A DNA stretch of 64,000 nt, taken from contig OY729431.1 in NCBI GenBank assembly GCA_963422395.1, positions 692,680 to 756,679 on the forward strand, read 5' to 3'. The translations under genes were made by a program, and so were the position numbers. The notes beneath the pieces were generated by a model. That model searched no databases, had not been told where the DNA came from, and saw only the letters and a program-made list of their open reading frames with translations. Positions 26,139 to 35,484 of the stretch are shown here, one piece after another. Origin of the DNA: Vicinamibacteria bacterium (GTDB taxonomy: Bacteria; Acidobacteriota; Vicinamibacteria; Marinacidobacterales; Marinacidobacteraceae). Each line of letters opens with the position of its first letter. Position 1 is the stretch's first letter.

Positions 26139-26205
26139 CCGCCCGCGTCAGAGGCGGCCGGCACTGCCGGACGGGCCCTCGCTGCCGCTGGCTGGGCCGC
26201 GTTCG

Positions 26206-27852
26206 GTGAGCCCTTCGGGGGAGGCGGCCGGGCGTTCCGGCGCCCACCCGGCGGCCGCCGCTTCGAGGCGCCCGGCTTCGGCCGGCGGCCTCTATCCGGC
26301 CGTCGATCTGTCCTCCTACCGGGACGATGCGGCGCTTTGGCGCCGCGTTCCGATGGAGCTGGTGCGGCGCTACCGGTTCGTTCCGCTGCGAGAAGACGGC
26401 GAGCGCCTCTGGATCGCCGTCGCCGCTCCGGTGCCCGAAGCCGACATGGATCGGCTCGAGCTCTTGCTCCGGCGTCCGCTCGTCGTCCAGGCGGCGGATG
26501 AGGACCGGATCCGGGAGATCATCGAGCGAAACACGAATTCCAGCTTCCTGCTCGACCGGGCGTCCGAGGACCTTCGCATCGAACGGCTCGGAAGAGATGA
26601 GGAAGGGGTGGGGCCGCCGCTGATCTCGCTCGACGCCCTCGAGAACGATCCGGGCGGCAGCCCGGTGGTCCGCCTGGTGGACTCGCTGCTCGTGAACGCG
26701 ATCGAGAGGCGCGCGACGGACATCCATATCGAAACGAAGGCCAGCGAGGTCGTCCTCAAGTACCGGGTGGACGGGGTTCTCTACCCGGCGATGGATCCCG
26801 TGGACGCAGCCCATCATCAGACCATCGCGGCCCGGCTGAAAGTGATGGCGGACCTCGATGTCGCGGAGCGGCGGGTGCCGCAGGACGGCCGGTTCCGGGC
26901 GGCGCTCCCCGCTGGCCCCGAAAGCGGATTGCGCACCGTGGATTTCCGCGTCTCGGTCATGCCGAGCGTCCACGGCGAAGATGTGGTCATCCGGGTGCTC
27001 GACAAACAGAGCCTCGGGTCCCGGTTCGAGGCCCTTTCGCTTCCGGCGCTCGGTTTCGCCGGCCGTGAACTCGAGCTGCTGCGCGCCCACATCCGCCGGC
27101 CCTTCGGGATGTTCCTGGCGACCGGCCCCACCGGCAGCGGCAAGACGACGACCCTCTACGCGGCGCTCTCGGAAGTCGCCTCTGCGGAGGAGAAGATCGT
27201 GACCGTCGAGGATCCGGTGGAGTACGAAATCGCCGGGGTGACCCAGGTCCCGGTGAACGAAAAGAAGGGGCTCACCTTCGCGCGCGGCTTGCGCTCGATC
27301 CTCCGGCACGACCCCGACACCATCATGGTGGGTGAGGTGCGGGACCCGGAGACCGCCTCGATCGCCGTCCAGGCGGCGCTGACCGGCCACCTCGTGCTCA
27401 CCACGGTGCACGCCAACCACGCCCTCGATGTCATCGGACGGTTCCTCCACATGGGTTCCGATCCGTACAACTTCGTCTCGGCGCTCCACTGCATCGTGGC
27501 CCAGCGCCTCGTCCGCCTGCTCTGCGCCGCCTGCCGGCGGACCGCGGCGCCGGACGCTGCCGAGCGGGAGGCGCTCGAAGCGGTCTCCGAACTCCCGGAG
27601 CAGGTCTATCGTCCGGAGGGCTGCCGGAAGTGCCAGGGAGCCGGATTTCGCGGACGGACCGCCATCGCCGAGGTTCTGCCGCTCAGTCCGACCCTGCGGG
27701 AGATGATCCTCGAACGGCGCGGCGCCCAGGAGGTGCGGCAGCAGGCGGACCGCGAGGGAATGGTCTCGCTGCGGCGGAATGCGCTCGCTGCGGTGGCGCG
27801 CGGTCTGACCACCCTCTCCGAGGTGAATCGGGTGACCTCCGATGACCTCTGA
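26206..27852 (+). CDS. GspE/PilB-family secretion ATPase (type II secretion / type IV pilus)
   Basis: N1 domain LVRRYRFVPLREDGERLWIAVAAP. N2: PVVRLVDSLLVNAIERRATDIHIE. Walker A: GPTGSGKTTTLYAAL. Also VEDPVEYEI, GEVRD. C-terminal Cys cluster CAACRR...CRKCQG. The 26047 track start overlaps hup. GTG 26206 is chosen as a plausible start but is uncertain. Confidence 0.6.
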   Translation: MSPSGEAAGRSGAHPAAAASRRPASAGGLYPAVDLSSYRDDAALWRRVPMELVRRYRFVPLREDGERLWIAVAAPVPEADMDRLELLLRRPLVVQAADEDRIREIIERNTNSSFLLDRASEDLRIERLGRDEEGVGPPLISLDALENDPGGSPVVRLVDSLLVNAIERRATDIHIETKASEVVLKYRVDGVLYPAMDPVDAAHHQTIAARLKVMADLDVAERRVPQDGRFRAALPAGPESGLRTVDFRVSVMPSVHGEDVVIRVLDKQSLGSRFEALSLPALGFAGRELELLRAHIRRPFGMFLATGPTGSGKTTTLYAALSEVASAEEKIVTVEDPVEYEIAGVTQVPVNEKKGLTFARGLRSILRHDPDTIMVGEVRDPETASIAVQAALTGHLVLTTVHANHALDVIGRFLHMGSDPYNFVSALHCIVAQRLVRLLCAACRRTAAPDAAEREALEAVSELPEQVYRPEGCRKCQGAGFRGRTAIAEVLPLSPTLREMILERRGAQEVRQQADREGMVSLRRNALAAVARGLTTLSEVNRVTSDDL

Positions 27853-27933
27853 CCGCCCGGACGCCGGATCGGGCTCGGCGCGGACTACCGCAGGCCGCCC
27901 CGGCTCGTTTCCGCGGGGGCCGGCGGCGGGCTG

Positions 27934-28809
27934 GTGACGGCGAGCCTCGAACCTCCGGCCGGCGGCTCCGGCTCCGGAGTGGGGCCGGGGGGGGCCGGCA
28001 GCGCGTGGCGGCCGCAAGACCTCGAAGCGCGGCTCGCCCAGCGGGATCGACTCTCCCGGGACGCCCAGCTGCTCCACTTCGACAGCGGCGTGCCTGCCGG
28101 GGTCCGGCCCGGCCAGTTCACCATGGTGCGCCTCGCCGGCGGCGGGCTGCTGCGCCGGCCGTACTCGTTTTGCGATCTCGCCGGAGACCGCGGCTTCAGC
28201 CTGCTGGTCAAGGAAGCGGGCGTCGGCACCCGGGCGCTCCTGAACCTGCCCGTCGGCGAGGTCCTGTTCGGTCTCGGCCCCCTCGGGACTGCATTCGACC
28301 CGCCGCCGCCGGACCGCACCCCGGTCGTGGTCGCGGGCGGAGTGGGCATCGCCCCGTTCGTGCTGTTCTGCCGCCGTCTCGCCGAGACCGGTCGGCGGGG
28401 CATCGTGCTTCTCGGGGGGAGGAGCGAACCGGACCTCTACCTTCGGGAGAACTTCGCGGAGCTGGGGATGGAGGTGCGCACCGCGACCGAGGACGGAACC
28501 CTGGGCCGGCGGGGCTTCGTGACCGAATTACTCGAAGCGGCTCTCGCCGACGCCGGCGCGCCCCAGCTCTATTCGTGCGGCCCCACCGGAATGCTCCGGC
28601 GGCTGGCCGAGGTTTCGGAGACGGCGGGTGTTCCGCACCAGGTGTCCATCGAGCGGCGGATGGGTTGCGGGATGGGCTGCTGTCTCGGTTGCGTGGTCTG
28701 GGCGGCGCCTTCGCCCGGGCGCCCGCCGGAGTACCTGCGAAGCTGTACCGAGGGTCCGGTGTTCGACGCCGGGCGGATCGTCTGGGACCGGGATCCGCAT
28801 CCGCTTTGA
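27934..28809 (+). CDS. pyrK: Dihydroorotate dehydrogenase electron-transfer subunit PyrK
   Basis: FAD/NAD-binding fold (PGQFTMVRL, RPYSF, VAGGVGIAP). C-terminal 2Fe-2S ligands RRMGCGMGCCLGCV. Immediately upstream of pyrD. Confidence 0.7.
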   Translation: MTASLEPPAGGSGSGVGPGGAGSAWRPQDLEARLAQRDRLSRDAQLLHFDSGVPAGVRPGQFTMVRLAGGGLLRRPYSFCDLAGDRGFSLLVKEAGVGTRALLNLPVGEVLFGLGPLGTAFDPPPPDRTPVVVAGGVGIAPFVLFCRRLAETGRRGIVLLGGRSEPDLYLRENFAELGMEVRTATEDGTLGRRGFVTELLEAALADAGAPQLYSCGPTGMLRRLAEVSETAGVPHQVSIERRMGCGMGCCLGCVVWAAPSPGRPPEYLRSCTEGPVFDAGRIVWDRDPHPL

Positions 28810-29771
28810 TGGCTTCCGACGCGGCCGCGCCCGTCGCCATGGGCGTCGAGGTAGCGGGTCTTTCGCTGCCCACGCCGCTGATCGCCGCGAGCGGCACCTT
28901 CGGCTACGGCGACGAGTATCAGGGGGTCGCCGACTACGACTGCATCGGCGCGGTGTCGGTGAAGGGGCTCTACCTCGAACCCCGCGGGGGGTGCCCGCCG
29001 CCGCGCATCTGGGAGACGCCTTCCGGGATGCTGAACGCCATCGGCCTCCAGGAGGTCGGCATCCGGCGCTTCCTCGCCGACAAGCTGCCGGCGGTCCGCG
29101 CCCTCGGCAAGATCGTGCTGGCCAACATCTGCGGCAGTTCGCTCGCCGAGTACGGCGAACTTGCACGGATTCTCGACCAGGCCGAGGGCGTTTGCGGGAT
29201 CGAGGTGAACATCTCCTGCCCCAATGTCGCGGCGGGCGGGATCGAATTCGGATGCGATCCGGACCTGGCGGCGCGGGCCACCGAAGTCGTCCGCCAGGGG
29301 ACCGGGCTGCCGGTGATCCCCAAGCTGAGCCCGAGCGCCAGCGATCTGGCGGCGGTGGCGCGGCGGGTCGAGGAGGCGGGAGCGGACGCGGTGTCGCTCA
29401 TCAACACCATCCCCGCGATGGCGGTGGATGTGGAAACCCGCCGCCCGCGGCTCGCCAACATCGTGGGAGGGCTCTCGGGGCCGGCGATTCGCCCCATCGC
29501 CGTCCGCATGGTGTGGGAAGTCGCCCGCGGCTGCCGGCTGCCGGTGATCGGGATCGGCGGCATCGCCTCCGCCGAGGACGCGGTGGAATTCCTGCTCGCC
29601 GGAGCGGCCGCGGTGCAGATCGGCACGATGAACTTCGTGGAGCCCGGAGTCTGGCGGCGCACTTTCGACGGTCTCGAGGCCTATTGCCGGCGCCATCGCG
29701 TCGCCGCGGTGAACGAGCTCACCGGGGCGCTGCTGCCGTTTCCAGATCCGGGGTCGGAGGCCGGCCGGTGA
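28809..29771 (+). CDS. pyrD: Dihydroorotate dehydrogenase catalytic subunit PyrD (class 1B)
   Basis: MASDAAAPVAMGVEVAGLSLPTPLIAASGTFGYG...GAVSVKG...NISCPN...GIGGIASAEDAVEFLLAGAAAVQIGT. ATG overlaps pyrK stop (TGATG). The 588-aa track ORF has a spurious N-terminal part. Confidence 0.75.
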   Translation: MASDAAAPVAMGVEVAGLSLPTPLIAASGTFGYGDEYQGVADYDCIGAVSVKGLYLEPRGGCPPPRIWETPSGMLNAIGLQEVGIRRFLADKLPAVRALGKIVLANICGSSLAEYGELARILDQAEGVCGIEVNISCPNVAAGGIEFGCDPDLAARATEVVRQGTGLPVIPKLSPSASDLAAVARRVEEAGADAVSLINTIPAMAVDVETRRPRLANIVGGLSGPAIRPIAVRMVWEVARGCRLPVIGIGGIASAEDAVEFLLAGAAAVQIGTMNFVEPGVWRRTFDGLEAYCRRHRVAAVNELTGALLPFPDPGSEAGR

Positions 29772-30868
29772 TGTCCCCCGGCGCCGGAGCTATTGGCGGT
29801 GCGGCGCCGCTTCTTCCGCCTTGGGCCGCTCCGGCAGGCCGCGGAGAACTCGTGGCTGCCGTGGACACCGGATCCCTCGACAGCGCCCTGCGTCTGCGCG
29901 ACCGTCTCGCCGGGGCGGTGTCCTTCTTCAAGATCGGCAAGGAACTCTTCACCGCCGCCGGACCGCCGGTCGTGCGCGAATTCGCCGCGGTGGGCCGGGT
30001 CTTCCTCGATCTGAAGTACCACGACATTCCCGCTACCGTCCGGGGAGCCGTCCGCTCGGCGGCGGCGCTCGGCGCCAGCATCGTGGATGTGCACGCCTCG
30101 GGAGGGCTCCCCATGCTGGAAGCGGCCGTCGGCGCGGTCCGGGGGGCCCCGCGCCCGCCGCTGCTCCTCGCTGTGACCGTGCTGACCCACCTCGATCCGC
30201 GGGCGGCCGCCGAGGTCTTCGGAACCGGGGACATTCCCGGCCAGGCGCTCCGCCTCGCCCGCCTCGCCCGCGGCGCCGGCCTCGGCGGAGTCGTCGCTTC
30301 GGCGGCGGAGGTCGAACCCCTCCGGGAGGCGTTCGGGGAGGGCTTCGTCCTGTTGGTTCCGGGGGTCCGCCCGAGGTGGGCGCCGGAGGCGCACGATCAG
30401 CGCCGGGTGGCCTCGCCCGGCGAGGCGGCGCGCCGGGGCGCGAACTATCTGGTGGTGGGGCGGGCGATCACGACGAGCCGCGACCCCCGTTCGGCGGCGC
30501 TCCGGATCCGGGACGAAGTCGCCGCTCGACCCCGGTCGAGCCGCCGGGAGGAAGCGGTGCGGGCAGCGCTCCTGCATCGCCCCCGCGACGGCTCTTGGGG
30601 CGCTTCGAGCCGAGCAGCGACCGAGCGGCCTTCTCGAAGAACAGCGCGTCGCTGCGTTGGGGCATCCATACCGACCGCCATCCCATCCGGGTCGTGCGGC
30701 GGAAGGAGACGGCGAGGAGCAGGAGGCGGAAGGTCATGCCGACGGTCATCGCCCAGGCCGCTCCCCGAACCCCGAGCAGTGGGTACAGCACCAGCAGAAC
30801 GCCGAGATTGCCGAGCAGGCCCACTCCCACTGCCCAGGAGCAGATCTCCGGGCGGTCGATGCCCCTGA
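29771..30868 (+). CDS. pyrF: Orotidine-5'-phosphate decarboxylase PyrF (long form), 3' end uncertain
   Basis: MSPGAGAIGGAAPLLP...AVDTGSLDSALRLRDRLAGAVSFFKIGKELF...LDLKYHDIPATV...ANYLVVGRAIT. ATG overlaps pyrD stop (TGATG). The frame stays open about 300 nt past the expected domain end, into the convergent flippase gene. Confidence 0.55.
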   Translation: MSPGAGAIGGAAPLLPPWAAPAGRGELVAAVDTGSLDSALRLRDRLAGAVSFFKIGKELFTAAGPPVVREFAAVGRVFLDLKYHDIPATVRGAVRSAAALGASIVDVHASGGLPMLEAAVGAVRGAPRPPLLLAVTVLTHLDPRAAAEVFGTGDIPGQALRLARLARGAGLGGVVASAAEVEPLREAFGEGFVLLVPGVRPRWAPEAHDQRRVASPGEAARRGANYLVVGRAITTSRDPRSAALRIRDEVAARPRSSRREEAVRAALLHRPRDGSWGASSRAATERPSRRTARRCVGASIPTAIPSGSCGGRRRRGAGGGRSCRRSSPRPLPEPRAVGTAPAERRDCRAGPLPLPRSRSPGGRCP

Positions 30869-31940
30869 AGTGGGTCATGAAAATGCCCATGCAGGCGGCG
30901 GCGAGGATGCCGGGTCCCAGGATCCATAGGAGCGGAACCGCCGGCAGGAAAGCGTCCGAGAACACGAGCCGCACGACCGGAGTGCTGAGTGCCAGCAGCG
31001 CGGCGAGGGCGACCGCGGTGACGGCACCCACCACGCGCACGCAGCGCGCAACCAGCAGGGGCTGCTCGTTGTCGGCGATGCGCGGGAGCAGCGCGTTGCC
31101 GACGGCCGAGGAGAAATGGGTGAGTCCCGCCATGAGTGCGCTGGCAGCGGCGAACAACCCGATATCGGCCGGGCGCCCGATCAGTCCGAGAACCAGGATG
31201 CCGAGGTGCAGTTCGATTCCCTGGCCGACCCGCGCGACATGGAACTTCAGGCCGTAGCCGAGGATTCGGGCGAGAGCAGCCCGCGTCGGGATGCCCAGCG
31301 ACAATCCGCAATGCCGCCGCAGATCCCGGACGCAGAGAGCTGCCATGACGAGCTGGGCGGCGGCGAAGGAAAGCAGGGCGCCGAAAATTCCGAGTCCCAG
31401 GACCCAGACCAGCAGCACGATGGCGAGCCCCTGCCCCGCGGCGCGAAGCAGGACGAAGATCCCGACGCGGGCGAAGCGCCGGACTGCGAGGAGGAGGTGC
31501 TCGATCGCAGCCGAAAACGCGATGAGCGGAACCAGCATCGCCGCCAGTCGAAACTCAGCAGCAGCCGCCTTCTGGAAGAAAGGGATGCCGCTTCCGATCA
31601 GGGGGATCGCGAGCGCGATGGCCGCTCCGCCTCCGGCGAGGGCGATCGCGAGCGCAGAGGACACCGCCTGCGAAACACTCAGCTGTCTCGCGGCGAGGAA
31701 GTACTGCGCGCCCTGTTCGGCGCCGGGGGTGAAGAGGAGCACGAACAGCGAGGCGAACACCAGACAGACGGCGTAGCTCCCCCTGCCTTCGGGAAGGAGC
31801 ATCCAGGCGAGCATCCCCTGGACCAGGAGTCCGAACACCATGAGGCCGATCTGGGTTGCGAGCGCGACTGCGGCGTCTTGCCCGCCGGTGGTGTTCGGGA
31901 GGCGCACCGCATCGCCGGCGGCCGGTTTCGAAGCGGGCAT
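30468..31940 (-). CDS. Polysaccharide/oligosaccharide flippase (MOP superfamily, Wzx-like)
   Basis: 490 aa. About 12 predicted TM helices with the MOP N-terminal pattern LLPEGRGSYAVCLVFASLF...GAEQGAQYFLAARQ. A long C-terminal tail overlaps the pyrF tail on the other strand. Confidence 0.6.
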   Translation of the reverse strand: MPASKPAAGDAVRLPNTTGGQDAAVALATQIGLMVFGLLVQGMLAWMLLPEGRGSYAVCLVFASLFVLLFTPGAEQGAQYFLAARQLSVSQAVSSALAIALAGGGAAIALAIPLIGSGIPFFQKAAAAEFRLAAMLVPLIAFSAAIEHLLLAVRRFARVGIFVLLRAAGQGLAIVLLVWVLGLGIFGALLSFAAAQLVMAALCVRDLRRHCGLSLGIPTRAALARILGYGLKFHVARVGQGIELHLGILVLGLIGRPADIGLFAAASALMAGLTHFSSAVGNALLPRIADNEQPLLVARCVRVVGAVTAVALAALLALSTPVVRLVFSDAFLPAVPLLWILGPGILAAACMGIFMTHFRGIDRPEICSWAVGVGLLGNLGVLLVLYPLLGVRGAAWAMTVGMTFRLLLLAVSFRRTTRMGWRSVWMPQRSDALFFEKAARSLLGSKRPKSRRGGDAGALPAPLPPGGSTGVERRLRPGSGAPPNGGRGSS

Positions 31941-32121
31941 GGTCGGCGCGTCGTTCTGCGGCGCAGGCTGCTCGGGGCGCCGCGGGAGACGAAACGCCCA
32001 AGGAAAACGTCCGGGGAACGAGCGGCGCGGGCGGCGGTGCGACCGAGAGTCGCAGACGAACGCGGGACTCTACCCGCCGCCGTTCGCTCCGGCCGATCGG
32101 CCCCGAGGCTTCTATCCGTCA

Positions 32122-32151
32122 TTGACTTCGGCGAGAGGGTTCCGCTACTCT
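32122..32151 (+). promoter_or_regulatory. Possible sigma70-like promoter upstream of pal (TTGACT-18nt-TACTCT)
   Basis: ttgact at 32122-32127 and tactct at 32146-32151, about 40 bp upstream of the pal start. Pattern match only. Confidence 0.3.
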
Positions 32152-32192
32152 GCCCCCCGGGCTTGTCATCGCTCCGCATCTGGAGGTTCCTC

Positions 32193-32759
32193 GTGAGAAA
32201 AGCCATCGCCACTCTTCTTCTGCTGACTTTCGCGACGGTCGGCGTTGGGTTTGCGGTGTCGGCGTGCTCGAAGCCGCCTCCCCCGCCCCCACCGCCGCCC
32301 GAAGAGCCGCCGCCGCCGCCTCCTCCGCCGCCGCCGCCGCCTCCTCCGCCGCCAGCGCCGCCGCTGCCGCCGCCCACCGAGCGCGACCTGTATCTCGATG
32401 CGGAGATGATGGAACTGCAGAACAATCTGTCCGACATCTATTTCGCGTACGATGAGTCCGAGCTGACGGACGCCTCCATGAGCACGCTGCGATCGAATTC
32501 CGACTGGCTCCAGCGTCCCTATGTGTCGGCCATGATCCAGATCGAGGGCCACTGCGACGAGCGCGGCACCGTGGAGTACAACCAGGCGCTCGGCGAGCGG
32601 CGTGCGCGCGCCGCCCATGACTATCTGGTGTCGCTCGGAGTTCCGGAGAGTCGGCTCGAAATGGTGAGCTACGGCAAGGAACGCCCGCAGTGCACCGAGA
32701 GCAATGAGGACTGCTGGCAGCAGAACCGCCGCGCGTACTTCCGGATCACCACGAAGTAG
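32193..32759 (+). CDS. pal: Peptidoglycan-associated lipoprotein Pal (OmpA-like C-domain) with long polyproline linker
   Basis: GTG start 6 bp after GGAGGT. Lipoprotein signal MRKAIATLLLLTFATVGVGFAVSAC. Then more than 40 consecutive Pro/Glu residues (SKPPPPPPPPPEEPPPPPPPPPPPPPPPPAPPLPPP). OmpA-like domain: YFAYDESELTD...IEGHCDERGTVEYNQALGERRARAAHDYLVSLGV...VSYGKERP. Confidence 0.75.
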   Translation: MRKAIATLLLLTFATVGVGFAVSACSKPPPPPPPPPEEPPPPPPPPPPPPPPPPAPPLPPPTERDLYLDAEMMELQNNLSDIYFAYDESELTDASMSTLRSNSDWLQRPYVSAMIQIEGHCDERGTVEYNQALGERRARAAHDYLVSLGVPESRLEMVSYGKERPQCTESNEDCWQQNRRAYFRITTK

Positions 32760-32787
32760 CGCGAAGCAGCAAGTCGTTCACCGCGCC

Positions 32788-32826
32788 GCGCCGGCGCCCC
32801 TCCGGGAGGGAGCCGCCGGCGCCGGC
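32788..32826 (+). terminator. GC-rich inverted repeat downstream of pal, possible intrinsic terminator (no U-tract)
   Basis: gccggcgcc cctccgggagg gagccgcc ggcgccggc has outer arms gccggcgcc/ggcgccggc and an inner cctcc-g-ggagg hairpin. Lies 30 bp after the pal stop. Confidence 0.3.
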
Positions 32827-32947
32827 CCTGCTTATCGCAGTGGGGTGCGTATCTCGACGGGGTTTTCCGGGGTTGTGTTCCCGCCCGGGCGGAGTGCCGG
32901 ATTTCGGACTCGATCTTGGCGGGCGAATCGGGTTTTTCGGGTCTTCT

Positions 32948-34012
32948 CTACGGATCTCCGGCTCTTCCCCGCAAGGCGGGGGAGGGAAGGCGGGTGAGTT
33001 CGTCGGTCTCGAAGCGCGGGAGGTCGCGGCGTACCGATCCCCGGAGCAGCCGGAGTCCCTCGGAAGCGCGAACGAATCGTCCGATCGGATAGGCGGGGAT
33101 TCCGGCCTCGCGCAGTCGGTCCAGCAGGTCCCCGGTCCCCGATTCGCTGCAGGCGATCAGCAGCGCTCCCGATCCGATGGCGCCGAGGATGTCGAGTCCG
33201 TAGTGCGCGAGCAGGCGCTTCGATTCGAAAAACCGCGGAATCTCCGCCTCTGCGACGATCACGCCGAGCCCGGCAGCTTCGGCCATCTCCCGGATCGCTG
33301 TCGCCACTCCGCCTTCGGTGACATCGTGCATCGCGTGAACTTCCACCGAGCCGGCGGCGATGCGGGCCTCGGGAAGCACGCTGATGCCGGGTTCTTCGAG
33401 GAACCCGAGGCAGCGATCCCGCAATTCCGCTCCGAATTCCCGGGCGATCTCGTCGCTGCGTTCCGCGCCGATCACCGCGGTGGCCTCGATTGCGATTCCC
33501 TTCGTGATGAGGAGCATGTCGCCTTCCTCGGCGCCGCCGCTCGGTTTGATCCGCTCGGCGGTCGCGTCGCCGACCATGGCGCCCGCAACGATCTCACGCC
33601 GTACCGCCGAGGAGATTTCAGTATGCCCGCCGACGGGAACGGCCCCCACTTCGCAGCAGCCCCGGGCGATGCCGGCGGCGATTTCGGCGAGGCGCGTCTC
33701 CCCGGTTCCCCGAGGCACGACGACCGAGGAAAGGAACCAGCGCGGCTCCCCGCCGGTGGCCGCGACATCGTTTGCGTTCACGATCACCGAGTGCCAACCG
33801 GGATCAGCGCTCGGAAAGGTGATCGGGTCGGCCGCCAGCACCAGTCGGGGCGCCCCTCCGGCTCTTGCTACCGCGGCGTCCTCGCCGGGCGCCGGTCCCA
33901 AATCGAGGCCGGCTCCCCCGCCTGGATCCGGGACCAGTGAATCCAGAAAACGCCGGAGGACCCGCGGGGGAAGCTTGCCCTCGCGGAGTTCTTCGAGTTC
34001 TTCGTTCGACAT
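32948..34012 (-). CDS. AIR-synthase-related (PurM-like superfamily; HypE/ThiL-like) protein
   Basis: From MSNEELEELREGKLPPRVLRRF...EDAAVA...LVLAADPITFP...SVIVNANDVAATGGEPRWFLSSVVVP...GIARGCCEVGAVPVGGHTEI matches the PurM-like N-domain pattern. The upstream 159 aa of the 513-aa track ORF are low-complexity. Confidence 0.55.
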   Translation of the reverse strand: MSNEELEELREGKLPPRVLRRFLDSLVPDPGGGAGLDLGPAPGEDAAVARAGGAPRLVLAADPITFPSADPGWHSVIVNANDVAATGGEPRWFLSSVVVPRGTGETRLAEIAAGIARGCCEVGAVPVGGHTEISSAVRREIVAGAMVGDATAERIKPSGGAEEGDMLLITKGIAIEATAVIGAERSDEIAREFGAELRDRCLGFLEEPGISVLPEARIAAGSVEVHAMHDVTEGGVATAIREMAEAAGLGVIVAEAEIPRFFESKRLLAHYGLDILGAIGSGALLIACSESGTGDLLDRLREAGIPAYPIGRFVRASEGLRLLRGSVRRDLPRFETDELTRLPSPALRGRAGDP

Positions 34013-34076
34013 CCGGTTAGGGTACGGCGCCGCCCGGCGTAGCCCGCCGCGGCCCCGAAACTCTCCCCGGTTCCCC

Positions 34077-35453
34077 ATGCGTCTCGTCGTCCTCGGCGCC
34101 GGCCAGATGGGGGCGCATCTGCTGCGGCAGTTGAGCCGTCTCCCCGACGACCACGACATAACTCTGGTGGAGAAGGATTCGGTAGTCGGCTCCCACTTGC
34201 TCCGCAAGTTCGACATCGGGATCATCGAGGGAGACGCCCGGGTTCCCGCAGTGCTGCACCAGCACTGCGCCGGCGCCGATGTGCTCTTCGCCCTCACGAA
34301 CGACGATGCCACGAACCTGCTCGCGGCGCTCACCGCCACCGACCCCTCGATCGGCGTACAGCGGGCGGTCGTCCGCCTGAGCGATCCCCGCCATGAACAG
34401 AGCCCGCTGCTCGGCGAAGACAGCCGCCGCTGGAAGATCGAGACGATCCTGCCGGAGGCGCTGGTGGCGCAGGAGATCCTGGGGCTCATCCGCTATCCGG
34501 GTGCCCGCTCGGTCCGCTCCTTCGGCGACGGGGTCCTCGTGCTGCTGCGCGCGGTTCCGCAAGAGCCGTCGGTCTTCGATCGGCCGCTCGAAGAAATAGA
34601 GACCGCACCGCGGGGCTGGATCCTCACCGGGATCCTGCGCCGGCGCGGCGGGCACCTGGTGATTCCGCGGGGGGCGACCGAGGTACACGATGGGGATGAG
34701 GTCTTCGCGGTCGGACCCGCCGCCGAGGCTTCGAACTTCCTGCGGGCCGTGGGGCTCGACTGGCGGCCCACCAAGCGGGTGGTGATCGCCGGGCTCGGAC
34801 AGGTCGGCCGGCGCCTGGGGGAGCTGCTGCTGGATTCGGGAGTGGACATCACGATCATCCGCCACCGGCAAAGCGGCGAGCCCTCGCTTCCCGCCCACAC
34901 CATCGTCGGCGATGCGACGGAAGAGGACATCCTGCGGGAGGCCGAAGTGGGCGGTGCCGACTTCTTCGTCGCGGCCACCGCTGCCGACGAAGTCAACTTC
35001 ATGTCCGCGCACCTCGCCAAGAAAGCGGGCGCCCGGCGGACGATCGCCCTCCACAACCGCGACGACCTGCGCGAGGTGATGCAGGATCTCGGCGTGGACC
35101 ATCCGATATCTCCGGGAGTGATCACTGCCGGAGCGCTCCTGAAACTCCTGCATTCCCGGGCGATGCTGCGGCTCGACTGGATCGAGGGCGGCGGCGAACT
35201 CGTGGAGATCGAAGTGGCGAAGAACAGCCCCGCCACCAAAGCGCCCCTGCGCGAGCTCGGAGTCCCCCATAGCTGCATCGTGGGCGAGGTGGTGAGAGCG
35301 AAGTCGGCCCCCTTCGTCCCCGACGGCAACACCGAGTTCATCCCCGGTGACCGGGTGGCGCTCTTCATGAGTCAGGGCGCTCGAGGAGAGTCGGGAGAGC
35401 CGGAGTCGCTGCTTTGCGAGCTCGAGCGCCTCTTCGGCAGTTCGGGCCGATGA
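34077..35453 (+). CDS. trkA: Trk potassium-uptake system NAD-binding subunit TrkA (two RCK domains)
   Basis: MRLVVLGAGQMGAHLLRQL (Rossmann GxGxxG). Second RCK: RVVIAGLGQVGRRLGELL. RCK_C segments present. Confidence 0.75.
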   Translation: MRLVVLGAGQMGAHLLRQLSRLPDDHDITLVEKDSVVGSHLLRKFDIGIIEGDARVPAVLHQHCAGADVLFALTNDDATNLLAALTATDPSIGVQRAVVRLSDPRHEQSPLLGEDSRRWKIETILPEALVAQEILGLIRYPGARSVRSFGDGVLVLLRAVPQEPSVFDRPLEEIETAPRGWILTGILRRRGGHLVIPRGATEVHDGDEVFAVGPAAEASNFLRAVGLDWRPTKRVVIAGLGQVGRRLGELLLDSGVDITIIRHRQSGEPSLPAHTIVGDATEEDILREAEVGGADFFVAATAADEVNFMSAHLAKKAGARRTIALHNRDDLREVMQDLGVDHPISPGVITAGALLKLLHSRAMLRLDWIEGGGELVEIEVAKNSPATKAPLRELGVPHSCIVGEVVRAKSAPFVPDGNTEFIPGDRVALFMSQGARGESGEPESLLCELERLFGSSGR

Positions 35454-35484
35454 ATCGGAGCCGGTCCCGGTCTCTCCGCCGCCG

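Noticed and set aside
26139-26170. Short palindrome ccggcactgccgg after hup as a terminator
   Set aside because: The stem is too short with a 1-3 nt loop and has no U-tract. It also overlaps the likely GspE N-terminal region.
25909-30868. Long ORFs 25909-28077 -, 28208-28897 -, 28528-29166 -, 28569-29696 -, 28970-29662 -, and the 5' parts of 28005-29771 + and 28628-30868 + across the gspE-pyrK-pyrD-pyrF cluster
   Set aside because: They conflict with motif-supported genes. Only the downstream portions of the two plus-strand ORFs (pyrD from 28809, pyrF from 29771) are real.
31116-32192. 5' 360 codons of the 31116-32759 plus ORF (acidic/His-rich low complexity)
   Set aside because: It is antisense to the flippase gene. 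The real gene is pal, starting at GTG 32193 with an SD and a lipoprotein signal.
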